Source of the DNA: Caldisericota bacterium
GTDB taxonomy: Bacteria > Caldisericota > Caldisericia > JAAYUI01
DNA: 64,000 nt
Direction: 5' to 3'
Assembly (NCBI GenBank): GCA_029548865.1
Contig: JAKPMO010000007.1
Location: 30,264-94,263, forward strand
How positions within the stretch are numbered: the first letter of the stretch is position 1; the number at the start of each line of letters is the position of its first letter. The notes beneath the pieces were generated by a model. It was not told the origin of the DNA and made no database searches. It worked only from the letters and a program-made list of their open reading frames with translations. The position numbers were made by a program, and so were the translations under genes. Below are positions 39,928-49,738 of this stretch, one piece after another.

Positions 39928-40232
39928 TTGGCTTCTCTCCTTCGTTTTGGTTCAGTATTATCTTTCCAGTTCCACCATTTTAAAAGTTCTGGCTTGTGGT
40001 TGGTGTTGCTGGCAAAATATATGGCACACCTGAAAACATACAATAAACACCTGTCCTGATGGCCTTTTTTGGTGCAAAGCAAATCATAGAGCTCCTGTGG
40101 GTCGCGATTCTTCAAATCGGACACCCTGTTTATTCCAAGCTCAATCAAATCTCCTGCGATGCTTTTGCCAACACCTGGTATTGAGGTGAGGCCATCACCA
40201 TTTTTCATGATTGGCTTTTCAACCCTACTCAA
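39924..40232 (-). CDS. Helix-hairpin-helix protein of the Cdd1/pathogenicity-locus family
   Basis: IPGVGKSIA..DPQELY..DRCLLYVFRCA..WWNWKD. Confidence 0.8.
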   Translation of the reverse strand: MSRVEKPIMKNGDGLTSIPGVGKSIAGDLIELGINRVSDLKNRDPQELYDLLCTKKGHQDRCLLYVFRCAIYFASNTNHKPELLKWWNWKDNTEPKRRREAK

Positions 40233-40677
40233 GCGTCAGGCCAAGCTCAAATGTGAGCCTCTCTCCGGTTATTCCATCTTCTAAAATGCCCTCAATCCGG
40301 TATGGCCCCTTTTCACCGGTGAGCGTGACCTGGAATGGAAGAGCAAACTCTGTTTGTTTTTCATCATACGTTTTCATGTCGGAGAACACTTTTTGGGTAA
40401 AAATCAATTTGCCTTTGTTGTCTCTGACCTTGATAGTTTCCATGGGCCAACTTATGAATTTGTCTCCATCCGGATTGGACTGGAACCCCTGGACCTGGAC
40501 GTAAACATTGATGGTTTCCCCAGATTTGAAGGTTATCTTTTCCGCGGCCACATAATTATTCAGCCCCTTCACTGACTCTGCAAACTCGGCTTTTACAAGC
40601 TTGAGGTTTGGCTGTCCACATCCTGCAACGATGAAAGTGGCGGCAAGCAAAAAGAAAAACAAGTGTTTTTTTAGCAT
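40225..40677 (-). CDS. Hypothetical lipoprotein (beta-sandwich)
   Basis: Lipobox IVAGC. Confidence 0.65.
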   Translation of the reverse strand: MLKKHLFFFLLAATFIVAGCGQPNLKLVKAEFAESVKGLNNYVAAEKITFKSGETINVYVQVQGFQSNPDGDKFISWPMETIKVRDNKGKLIFTQKVFSDMKTYDEKQTEFALPFQVTLTGEKGPYRIEGILEDGITGERLTFELGLTLE

Positions 40678-42452
40678 GGCTCCCTCCTGGTTATGGCGCC
40701 CTGTGCAATCCTGTTTATGATCTCTGGGCCAAATGCAAGATAGAAACTGATTGCATATGGCCTGTTGTTTACATAAAAAAGCGAGGTCAGTTGTTCAAAC
40801 CTTTTCAGAATGCCAACTGATACAAGCTTTATTGCCATTTCAACATTAAGAAGTTCTTCTGCTTTCTGAAAATCGGCCATTTTTTCCCTACGCTCGGAGA
40901 GGAGAACTTCCCTTGTTTCAATCAACTCTTTCAGCTTTGCATATGTTCGCGCTGTAAGGGGCTTCGATATCCCGGCTATATTACCCAATTTTGTCATCTT
41001 TGGCGTAACAGGATTCGGCAGGGCATCTTCATATTCATAAATGGCATATTTTGCCAGCGTAAGCAATTGCCCTTCGTCAAAATGGAGGCTCTCAAGCATC
41101 TCCTTTGCCGCCGTTGCCTCCTCTTTCCAGTGTCTGGCAATCCAGGAAGCAGCTCGTGCCTCTCCCCAAAACGCCTTCAAAAAAGGTGGAAGAAAAATCT
41201 CTTCATCACCGAGTAGTTCCATCGTGTCAATTGCACGCAACCCTATCCTCAAAAATTCCCCACTGGGATAATTTATCCCTCTTGATTGTAATTCTTTTGT
41301 GAGATGGCCAACCATCGGGGCATACTTCGAACCTTGCTCCGGTAGCGAAATGACCTTTGGTGGCCTGCTCAATTCAGCAAGGAGCGGGCCAGCCTTGCCA
41401 ATGAGGGTGTGGCAACCAAAAAGTCCAACGAGGCCATTTTTGAGCTCATCTAATGAAGGGGGATTTGAAATGGTCATTGTTTTTGGCTCAGCATTGCGAT
41501 ATGTCATTTTCAGAATAAGCTTCTCGCCGAAATGCGCCCTGATGTGCCATCTGACAAGACGCCCCTCATACTCACATTCAATGTAATAGGGAAGTTCCAT
41601 CACACCATCCCTAAGCTTAAGCCTTTTTAATGGAAGGTGGGTCTTATTGAGCGCCTCGTTGTAGCTTTCAACAAATGCTTTGGTGTTTCTTAGAAGAGTG
41701 AGGAGCACGATATGGTTTATCTCGCCCTTTACATCAAAAACCTCCGATGCTCTCATTATTTTAGGCGGAGCAATATTGAAAAACTCTGAAAAACCAAACC
41801 TCCAGAAGGTCTCCTGCAAATCCGAGATTGTGGCTTCTGGTTTTGATGAAAGAAGGTCTTTTGTCATGCCAAGTATCTTCTTGGCCCTTACTTTAACATC
41901 AGGCCATTTTTCTCTCGAAACCGACTGGAGGGCTCCCCTGTAACAAGCAAGGAACATAAAATAATATCTCTCCAGGAGACTGTCATCGGCGAGTCTGTAG
42001 GACGATATGGATTTTTCATCCTGTGTTGTTGGCACAATACCTACATATCTTTCGCCTTCAGTAAGGCCTCTCAGCATCTGGCCAGGTCTCAAGTTAATGC
42101 CGAGATCGCCAAGCTCTTTTTCCATCCCAAAGAGTTTTGCGACTCTTTCATATGAATCAATCGCCCCCTTGAGTGAAAACCCAAACCTTTTATAGATATA
42201 GGGCTCCACAGGTAAAGCATAGAATGGGCCTGAAGATGTATCCTGATGGATCCATACGGCACCCGTAAGCTTTCCGCAATAGTCGGTCGTGAGAGCAAAT
42301 TTACTGTTATACTCCAATTTGTAATCGGCCGTTCCAAGCTTTTCGTCCTGTATAAAAAATGTCGCACTGCCAGCCAGATCAAGCAGTGCCTTTGCCACAA
42401 GAAGAGCGTCCCATGAAAGATTCTGGTCTCCTTTGTAATAGCGGGTATCCAT
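40671..42452 (-). CDS. Hypothetical protein (593 aa), possibly BshC-like
   Basis: Long ORF with normal coding composition; FVESYNEAL..ELPY, LIGKA..GSKY and a C-terminal coiled coil. Confidence 0.6.
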   Translation of the reverse strand: MDTRYYKGDQNLSWDALLVAKALLDLAGSATFFIQDEKLGTADYKLEYNSKFALTTDYCGKLTGAVWIHQDTSSGPFYALPVEPYIYKRFGFSLKGAIDSYERVAKLFGMEKELGDLGINLRPGQMLRGLTEGERYVGIVPTTQDEKSISSYRLADDSLLERYYFMFLACYRGALQSVSREKWPDVKVRAKKILGMTKDLLSSKPEATISDLQETFWRFGFSEFFNIAPPKIMRASEVFDVKGEINHIVLLTLLRNTKAFVESYNEALNKTHLPLKRLKLRDGVMELPYYIECEYEGRLVRWHIRAHFGEKLILKMTYRNAEPKTMTISNPPSLDELKNGLVGLFGCHTLIGKAGPLLAELSRPPKVISLPEQGSKYAPMVGHLTKELQSRGINYPSGEFLRIGLRAIDTMELLGDEEIFLPPFLKAFWGEARAASWIARHWKEEATAAKEMLESLHFDEGQLLTLAKYAIYEYEDALPNPVTPKMTKLGNIAGISKPLTARTYAKLKELIETREVLLSERREKMADFQKAEELLNVEMAIKLVSVGILKRFEQLTSLFYVNNRPYAISFYLAFGPEIINRIAQGAITRREPC

Positions 42453-42531
42453 AATCAGATATTAACTGAAAATCTTGCCAGTTTCCATAAAGCCCTTTGA
42501 CAACCGGTATCCTGAATGTAAAATCACTTCC

Positions 42532-43635
42532 GTGAAAAAGAACTATCTCAGGATAATCATTTTGTCTGTCATAGCCTTAGGGCTTGTGGCCGGTGCAACA
42601 CTTACACTGGTGGAATACTTTAAAAACAAGACCACAGAAGATACAAAAACAGTGGAAAGACCTGTCTCCCAGCCAAAAATTAAAGGCCCAACAGGTGTGG
42701 TGGCAAAGGTCGGAGACATTGAAGTGCCATTGTCAGTTTTTTCACAGCTGGTCAACACCACCAGACAACAGGCCCTCGCTGAAGGAACAGATATAGATGA
42801 CTCAAAAAACGCTTCAATGCTGCAAGCAGCCAGGGAAGACGCGCTGAACCAGCTTGTAGAATATGCTGTTTATGAAAACTACGCAAAGAAAAACGGTATT
42901 CTTCCAACATCAAAAGAGATTGACGCAGCTATTGCTTCGGAGATAGATGCAAGAGTCCATCAGGCAGGTTCAAGGCAATCACTCGAAAAACAGCTCACCG
43001 ATCTCGGCGGGATCGAAGGACTCAAGGAAACAATCAAGGGTGATCCAATATTTCTCAGGCAAGTGATCAGACAAAAGGTGTCAGACAACATTACTAAAGA
43101 CCTAAAGGTAACAAAAGACCAGGCAAAAGAATTTTTTGAATCAAAATTACTGGGACTTTCACAAATAGTGGTGCTTTACGACGAGAAGATTGACGGCAAG
43201 GAGCTCTATGAGCCAACAAAAAAATACGCCGAGAGCCTCAAGGCCATGATCGGGAAAGACAAGACCTTTGCAGATGTGGCAACAATGTACTCCGAGGAGA
43301 GGGAAAGCGGCCAGAATGGCGGCAGGATGTCGCAACTAATGCCAAAGGGTTACCTCCCCCCACAAATGGAAAAGGTGGCGTTCTCGTTGAAGATTGGCGA
43401 AATCTCGGATGTAATTGAGACCAATGGCAGTTTTGTAATACTGAAGCTGGACTACGAAACCTACGCCTGGGACTATTTCTTCACTGACAGCGGCAAGAAA
43501 CCTAAACCCAACTTTGAGGTTGTCTGGAAAGACGTTGTAAACTATCTTTACACGATCAAGAAGATAGAGGCAGAAAATAATTGGTACCAGAAATACGCTG
43601 ACTCCATCAAGATAGATGTATATCTGGAGCTGTAG
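42532..43635 (+). CDS. PrsA/SurA-like peptidyl-prolyl isomerase (parvulin type)
   Basis: N-terminal TM, VVAKVGD SurA-N, FADVATMYSE..GG, AFSLKIGEISDVIET. Confidence 0.85.
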   Translation: MKKNYLRIIILSVIALGLVAGATLTLVEYFKNKTTEDTKTVERPVSQPKIKGPTGVVAKVGDIEVPLSVFSQLVNTTRQQALAEGTDIDDSKNASMLQAAREDALNQLVEYAVYENYAKKNGILPTSKEIDAAIASEIDARVHQAGSRQSLEKQLTDLGGIEGLKETIKGDPIFLRQVIRQKVSDNITKDLKVTKDQAKEFFESKLLGLSQIVVLYDEKIDGKELYEPTKKYAESLKAMIGKDKTFADVATMYSEERESGQNGGRMSQLMPKGYLPPQMEKVAFSLKIGEISDVIETNGSFVILKLDYETYAWDYFFTDSGKKPKPNFEVVWKDVVNYLYTIKKIEAENNWYQKYADSIKIDVYLEL

Positions 43636-43661
43636 GGCCAAGGTTAGAATCTTATAAAATA

Positions 43662-44420
43662 CTATACTTTTTTGGCTTCTATCTTCAGGCTTTCTAGAGG
43701 AATGTTCTGATACTGTCTTTCACTGATATCCTTGTCCTCTGAAAGGACATTGACTTCAAAACCTGCTTTTCCCACTATTGCCAGGTAATCGTCCCTCAGC
43801 AGGGCCCCACCCACGCATCCTGCTATCAGCTCTTCATTTCTTTTTTGCTCTGGCGTGAGGTCTTTCAGCAAAACAATGTCTGAAATATACATCCTGCCAC
43901 CCTTTTTAAGCACACGGAAGGCCTCGCTAAAGACTTTTGGCTTGTCTGGAGCAAGGTTGATGACACAATTGCTTATGATGACATCGACGGAGTTGCTTTC
44001 AACAGGCAATTTTTCTATGTCTCCAAGCTTGAATTCGACATTTTCAAAACCATGCTTTTTGGCATTCTGACCCGCCCTGTCAATCATTTCCTGGGTCATG
44101 TCCACACCAATCACATGACCCTTATCGCCAACTTTTTTTGCGGCCAGGAAGCAGTCAAAACCAGCACCAGAACCCAAATCAAGGACAGTTTCACCCTCCC
44201 TGATACTTCCCATTCCAGTTGGATTGCCACAGCCAAGGCCAAGATTGGCCTCTGAAGCAAATGCTATCTCCGAATCAGTATATCCAAGGCTTTTTGCAAT
44301 CTGTGCATTGGTGATGTTAGTGCCACAACCACAACTGCTTCCACAGCACCCAGACCCGTTTTTGGCTGCGATTTCGCCGTAGTGCTTTTGTATGACCTGC
44401 TTTATTTCATCTTTTTCCAT
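43662..44420 (-). CDS. arsM: Arsenite methyltransferase
   Basis: LGLGCGNP, VLDLGSGAGFDC, ISNCVINL, GCVGGA and N-terminal CC. Confidence 0.9.
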   Translation of the reverse strand: MEKDEIKQVIQKHYGEIAAKNGSGCCGSSCGCGTNITNAQIAKSLGYTDSEIAFASEANLGLGCGNPTGMGSIREGETVLDLGSGAGFDCFLAAKKVGDKGHVIGVDMTQEMIDRAGQNAKKHGFENVEFKLGDIEKLPVESNSVDVIISNCVINLAPDKPKVFSEAFRVLKKGGRMYISDIVLLKDLTPEQKRNEELIAGCVGGALLRDDYLAIVGKAGFEVNVLSEDKDISERQYQNIPLESLKIEAKKV

Positions 44421-44510
44421 AATTATTACCTCCTGCCTGGTTGGACACCTTAAAAGATATAAACTGTTTTAACAAATTCTCCGCTAAGTGGTAGTATCAG
44501 TCAAACACTT

Positions 44511-45773
44511 TCACGGAATATTTCTAGGCAACATATCAATAAATTCTGGTTTATCTTTTTCAATTCTGAAGCTGCTGAACTTTACAAGATATACTCCATT
44601 CATACAAAATAGATGTATGTATTGCATTCCATCGACGTAGCATCTGGCAACGGAAATTATTTCATCCTTTATGGGCCAAATATTGTAAAGCAATAAATGT
44701 TGGTTGCTAAAATCGGACAGAATTGACAATTTTGTGTATCGACCAGATTTTTTCTGAAATAGATTTGGGTAAGCAGTCATTTCATGCCTTATGGAATCAA
44801 GCGTCACCACAGGAACATAATCCTTTAATTCGGGAACCAAGAGATTGAAATAGCACTTGTAATTACATTTAGGATTTGGTTTTGGAAAGAGATCAGAAAC
44901 CCTGATTCTCGGTTCTATTGTGTAAATACCCTTATCTGTTGGGAAAGCCCTGTAATCTGCACTCTTGCCAAGCACCTTGATGTCTCTTTTCAAGGCAAGG
45001 AAAAGATTGTCATTATCATCATAATCGAAATAGAAAACTGATTTGCCGTCACATATTGAAATAGCTTTTGGCATTTCCTCAAAGCTCGCATATGGCTGTG
45101 TATCAAGGATTGTTTTTGATAGATCACCAACCTGACCCAAACTGATTACCTGGATTTCCTTTAGCTCTCTTGTCTGCGAGAACCTGTGGAGATTTTCACC
45201 ATCATAAGCCATGAAAATTCTGGGAAGAAAATGCATTGGCTTTTTAAATGTTATCTTGTTGGCAAATCCCCCATTTTGATATACATAAACTGCTTTTTTG
45301 TCATCTGTCTGACAAAAAACAAGATCATCTTCGTAGTACAATCTTTTATAGTTATTCCCAATAATTGTGGTGATTTCTTTTGGAATTGGCACGTCAAATA
45401 TTTTGTCACCAGAAATGCCATATCTAGCTAAATATCTTGAATTGCTAATATCATGCAAGAAGTATAAGTCAAGATCTGTCTTTGGAGATACCAGTCGTGA
45501 GACAATTTTGCCTTCAACGGTGAAAATCTCCCGCACGCTGTTCAGCCCAGGGTCATCATAAGTGTAAACAGTGGACTCCTCTAGTGTGATTGGTTTTATA
45601 CCATTTACTAGATGATGTTTATCTTTATCATAATTAAGAAAGTATCCGATTAACTCGCCTTTTATTCTATTTCTGCTCAATCGTTTTACTGGCAGGTCAT
45701 ATAAACCACAACCTGCAATTGTTGAACAGAGCAGAACCAGCAAGATGGCTTTTGTAAAAATATTGCTTTTCAT
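44511..45773 (-). CDS. Hypothetical lipoprotein
   Basis: Lipobox IAGC; AT-rich, beta-rich sequence. Confidence 0.6.
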   Translation of the reverse strand: MKSNIFTKAILLVLLCSTIAGCGLYDLPVKRLSRNRIKGELIGYFLNYDKDKHHLVNGIKPITLEESTVYTYDDPGLNSVREIFTVEGKIVSRLVSPKTDLDLYFLHDISNSRYLARYGISGDKIFDVPIPKEITTIIGNNYKRLYYEDDLVFCQTDDKKAVYVYQNGGFANKITFKKPMHFLPRIFMAYDGENLHRFSQTRELKEIQVISLGQVGDLSKTILDTQPYASFEEMPKAISICDGKSVFYFDYDDNDNLFLALKRDIKVLGKSADYRAFPTDKGIYTIEPRIRVSDLFPKPNPKCNYKCYFNLLVPELKDYVPVVTLDSIRHEMTAYPNLFQKKSGRYTKLSILSDFSNQHLLLYNIWPIKDEIISVARCYVDGMQYIHLFCMNGVYLVKFSSFRIEKDKPEFIDMLPRNIP

Positions 45774-45803
45774 TTTGCTCTTTCCTTCCTGCCTGCCATT
45801 TAG

Positions 45804-47453
45804 CTATTCATCTATCTGAGCATAGCGCCTTGTGGCCAACTCCAAAAGGTCTTTCTTTGAAACAATCCCAAGGAGTTTCTTCGGATTAGATGGGGACACA
45901 ACAAGCAGCCTCCCAATCTCATTCTCAGACATTTCAGCAACGCAGTCTGAGAGGACCGCATCGGGTGTTATAGTGACAAGATCGGTTGAGCAAAATGATC
46001 CAACGGGTTTTTCCAGGTCAGCTGTCGTGACATTACTTCTTAGATCAGAAAGTGTTATCACTCCAAAAAGGTTCTTTCCATCAAGAACTGGGAGCCCAGA
46101 GAGATGACTGTTTCTCATCAGATCGATGGCTTTTTTTACAGACTCCTGCTGATCTATTGTTATCAGGTTAGATGACATGACATCAGTAATCTTCGTTTCG
46201 GAGGGGTTCTGGAACTGGCCGAGTTTACTCTGTATCCCCCTTTTGTGGAGCCCTTCCTGGTATATTGACCTTGGAGAGAGCTTTATTGAGAGGAGTGATG
46301 CCACAGAAGTTGCCATTACAACAGGAACTATGAGCGTCATTTGCCCGGTCATTTCAAGCGCAAGCAGAACTGATGTGAGCGGGGCATGAAAAGCTGATGC
46401 CAGTTGAGCACAAATGCCCGCGAAAACAAAAGCTGGCAGATAGGCCGGGGCAATCGGGGCAAAAGCGGCACCGATAAAAGCACCGATAAATATTGCAGGC
46501 GCAAGGTCACCACCTGCCCCACCAAGCCCAAGAACGACCGACGAGCCAACAATTTTTACGCCAACAATGCAAAGTGAAATCAGCACAGGCTTTACAGTTT
46601 CAAGCGCCTCTCCGATCGCCCCAAAACCTGGGCCCCAGATCTCTGGTATGAAAATCGCTATAGCTCCCGTAACAAGACCACCAATCAGCGGGCCAAATAT
46701 CTGCCAGTATTTGACTTTGTTTCTGTTTCTTTCCAGATAGGACATAAACTTGGCCCATATAAAAGACACGATGGCGCAGGAAATGCCTATCAATGCGAAT
46801 ACTATCAGGTGGATCGTCCTCGGCGCAAGAAAAGACGGGATCGGAAAAAGTGGCTTAATGCCAATTATCTTTGAGAACAGGAAAGCGCTGCCACTAGATA
46901 GCGCAAGCATTGAGAAGGTATATGGGCTATATTCCATCAGAACAACCTCGATCACAAAAGCAATGCCGGCTAAAGGGGAAAGAAATACTGATGCAATGCC
47001 AGCTGCAGCACCACAGCCAATCAACAAGCGCCTTCTTCTGTGTGGTATATTTAGGTACTGCCCAACAAATGCCGCAACCGTACCACCAAGCATTATGACT
47101 GTTCCGGAACCAACAGGATTGCCACCGACAATCGAGATCGCGGCAAGAACTGGTTTGAGGAGCGATGACGGTTTTGCAAGTATCCTTCTCTTGAGGTTTG
47201 CGCCAGCTATCGTGTCAACAACAGCCCCGGCGCCACTTATTCCAAGGAAATATGAAACTGATCCAACGATGAGACCACTCAATGACGGTATGGCAATGAC
47301 CCAGATTGCACTCATTTTTTCAGGATTGAAGTAACTGCCAAGACTCAGCGTCAGCTGAAATCCATAAACAGCCAGGCATGCAAGGCCACCTAATGCGAAC
47401 GCCAGCAATGCGTCAAACCAGTAGCTTATCTTTTCATGGTGTATGTAACTCAC
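45804..47453 (-). CDS. ClC chloride channel family protein with CBS pair (degenerate filter)
   Basis: GCGAAAGIASVFLSPLAG, FHAPLTS, EMTG, SIY and two CBS domains. Confidence 0.88.
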   Translation of the reverse strand: MSYIHHEKISYWFDALLAFALGGLACLAVYGFQLTLSLGSYFNPEKMSAIWVIAIPSLSGLIVGSVSYFLGISGAGAVVDTIAGANLKRRILAKPSSLLKPVLAAISIVGGNPVGSGTVIMLGGTVAAFVGQYLNIPHRRRRLLIGCGAAAGIASVFLSPLAGIAFVIEVVLMEYSPYTFSMLALSSGSAFLFSKIIGIKPLFPIPSFLAPRTIHLIVFALIGISCAIVSFIWAKFMSYLERNRNKVKYWQIFGPLIGGLVTGAIAIFIPEIWGPGFGAIGEALETVKPVLISLCIVGVKIVGSSVVLGLGGAGGDLAPAIFIGAFIGAAFAPIAPAYLPAFVFAGICAQLASAFHAPLTSVLLALEMTGQMTLIVPVVMATSVASLLSIKLSPRSIYQEGLHKRGIQSKLGQFQNPSETKITDVMSSNLITIDQQESVKKAIDLMRNSHLSGLPVLDGKNLFGVITLSDLRSNVTTADLEKPVGSFCSTDLVTITPDAVLSDCVAEMSENEIGRLLVVSPSNPKKLLGIVSKKDLLELATRRYAQIDE

Positions 47454-47638
47454 GGGAAGTTAGATACACCGCTTGAGCATTTTGACAATAAAATATTTGG
47501 AGACCATATTGCTTTAATATAAATAAACACGCCTAAGCAAGAAAAATTGAAGATTCCAAAAAACCTGCTACAACATATAAATAAAGATGAATTTGATAAT
47601 CAAGACTAATACCATATAATTCACCCAAAGGAGGAAAA

Positions 47639-48094
47639 ATGAATATTGGAGACACACTACCAGATTTCACACTGACCGACCACAATAAAAAAGAATGGAG
47701 CAAAAAATTGCTGGAAGGAAAAACAGCCCTTCTCTCCTGGCACCCGCTGGCATGGACAAAAGTTTGCGCCCAACAGATGCAATCCTTGGAAGAGCATGCA
47801 AATGATTTTGAAAAAATGGGCGTTATTGCACTCGGCCTGAGCGTTGATACAGTCCCAAGCAAACGCGCCTGGGCAAAAGAACTCGGAATAGAGAAAACGC
47901 CGCTCCTGTCAGATTTCTGGCCCCATGGGCATTTTGCCTCGCTGCTTGGCATATTCAGGAAAGATGATGGTTTCTCGGAGCGGACAAATATAGTTGTAGA
48001 TGGCAAAGGAACAATAAAGTTCATCAAAATCTATCCTATATCAGAACTTCCTGATATCGCGGAAATAATTGGGGGGCTTGGAAAATGGATGTAA
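47639..48094 (+). CDS. Peroxiredoxin (AhpE-like)
   Basis: HPLAWTKVC, LSVDT, LLSDFWPHG, SERT. Confidence 0.88.
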   Translation: MNIGDTLPDFTLTDHNKKEWSKKLLEGKTALLSWHPLAWTKVCAQQMQSLEEHANDFEKMGVIALGLSVDTVPSKRAWAKELGIEKTPLLSDFWPHGHFASLLGIFRKDDGFSERTNIVVDGKGTIKFIKIYPISELPDIAEIIGGLGKWM

Positions 48095-48675
48095 AAGATG
48101 CAATTTTGGCAAGAAGGGCTTACAGATCACTGGAAAAAGCAGAGATAACTGATGCACTCGTCGAAGATCTGATTGGTTTTCTAAAACTTGCGCCATCATG
48201 CTTCAACAACCAGCCCTGGCGCTTTATTTTTGTAAAAAACCCGGATGTGCTCCTTCAAATGCAGCAGGTGATGTCCAAGGGCAACGAGTGGACGTTCAAA
48301 GACTCGATGATTGTCGTGGTATTGTCCAAAAAGGAAAACGACTGCGTAATATACGATAGGGAATATCACCTCTTTGACACCGGCATGGCAGTAGGATTCA
48401 TGATACTCAGGGCCACAGAACTCGGACTGGTTGCACACCCGATTGCAGGATACAGCCCCAAAAAAACCAGGGCAGTCCTGGGGATACCTGATGACTGGCA
48501 AGTCATTACGCTGGTCAATGTAGGGAAACACTCGGCAGAGCTCAACCCGGTCATGTCCGAAAAACAGGTTGCAGACGAAAAAACAAGGCCAGAGAGGCTC
48601 CCAAATGACGAAATAGCAAGTATTGACAAGTTTGACCCAAAACTTGAACGCACAAAACCACTTCAAGACAGCTAA
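48085..48675 (+). CDS. Nitroreductase family protein
   Basis: RRAYR, APSCFNNQPWRF, DTGMA..ATELGL. Confidence 0.9.
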   Translation: MDVKDAILARRAYRSLEKAEITDALVEDLIGFLKLAPSCFNNQPWRFIFVKNPDVLLQMQQVMSKGNEWTFKDSMIVVVLSKKENDCVIYDREYHLFDTGMAVGFMILRATELGLVAHPIAGYSPKKTRAVLGIPDDWQVITLVNVGKHSAELNPVMSEKQVADEKTRPERLPNDEIASIDKFDPKLERTKPLQDS

Positions 48676-48686
48676 AAGGAGACAAG

Positions 48687-48911
48687 ATGAAGAAAAAGCC
48701 AGCTTCGATCCAGAGGGCAACCGCCCTGCACATCTGTGACAGCGTGAGGACTGCTGCCCTGCCAAAATGGTGGACGACCACGTACTGGGGTTGCAAGATC
48801 TGCATGGCAAGTTCCGGTGGTGTCTCCGAAAAACTCTGGATCTCAAGGCGGAAAGGGAACAGGGGCTGTGCTTTTGTGAACAAGGCGCATTTACTCCGAA
48901 AAAAGCGCTAG
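48687..48911 (+). CDS. Small Cys-containing hypothetical protein
   Basis: RBS AAAAGGAG; C..CKIC..C. Confidence 0.5.
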   Translation: MKKKPASIQRATALHICDSVRTAALPKWWTTTYWGCKICMASSGGVSEKLWISRRKGNRGCAFVNKAHLLRKKR

Positions 48912-48986
48912 ACTAAATCCAAAACCAGTATCAGACGGTTTTTTACCAGTTTGACTTCAAAACAACAAAAAGATATTATTAATTTC

Positions 48987-49003
48987 CTCACATTTTTCTT
49001 ACA
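48987..49003 (+). promoter_or_regulatory. Pho-box-like direct repeat upstream of phoB
   Basis: CTCACA (48987) and CTTACA (48998), 11 bp apart. Confidence 0.5.
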
Positions 49004-49048
49004 ATCATCAATAATAATTAGGGCCATCAAACAACCGGAAGGTAGGAA

Positions 49049-49738
49049 ATGCCCAGGGAAAACATACTCGTTGTGGACGATGAAGAAGACATCCTGGAAC
49101 TGCTTAGGTATAACCTTGCAAAAAATGGTTTTAATGTGATTACTGCAACTTCTGGGGAAGATGCGCTCAAAATAACCAAAACAAAAACTTTTGACATAAT
49201 TTTGCTTGATCTCATGCTGCCCGGAATTGATGGTCTGGATGTCTGCAAAGAATTCAAAAAAAACCAGTCTATATCGTCAATACCAATCATAATGCTCACT
49301 GCAAAGGGTGAGGAAGCAGACATTGTTGCAGGCCTCGAGCTGGGCGCCGATGACTATGTCACAAAACCTTTCAGTCCGAGAGTCCTTATCTCAAGGATCA
49401 GGGCTGTGCTCAGAAGACGCGGCAAGACTGTAACCGACGAAAATTCCCCGCTCAGATACGATGAAATGGAGATTGATCCGAGAAGATTCAAGGTGTTCGT
49501 GAAGAGTTCCCTGGTGGAACTGACCCATACGGAATTTTCTATCCTCTACTTCCTCGCCAAAAAACCCGGTTGGGTCTTCACAAGATACCAGATCATAGAC
49601 GCAATAAAGGGGCTTGATTATCCCGTAACAGACAGATCGGTTGACGTCCAGGTTGTTGGCTTGAGGAAAAAACTTGGAGAATACGGAGACTACATCGAAA
49701 CCGTCAGGGGAGTTGGCTACCGGTTCAGGGAACTATGA
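49049..49738 (+). CDS. phoB: Phosphate regulon response regulator (PhoB/PhoP, OmpR family)
   Basis: VVDDE, LDLMLP, GADDYVTKPF, RSVDVQV, TVRGVGY; adjacent to the pst genes. Confidence 0.9.
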   Translation: MPRENILVVDDEEDILELLRYNLAKNGFNVITATSGEDALKITKTKTFDIILLDLMLPGIDGLDVCKEFKKNQSISSIPIIMLTAKGEEADIVAGLELGADDYVTKPFSPRVLISRIRAVLRRRGKTVTDENSPLRYDEMEIDPRRFKVFVKSSLVELTHTEFSILYFLAKKPGWVFTRYQIIDAIKGLDYPVTDRSVDVQVVGLRKKLGEYGDYIETVRGVGYRFREL

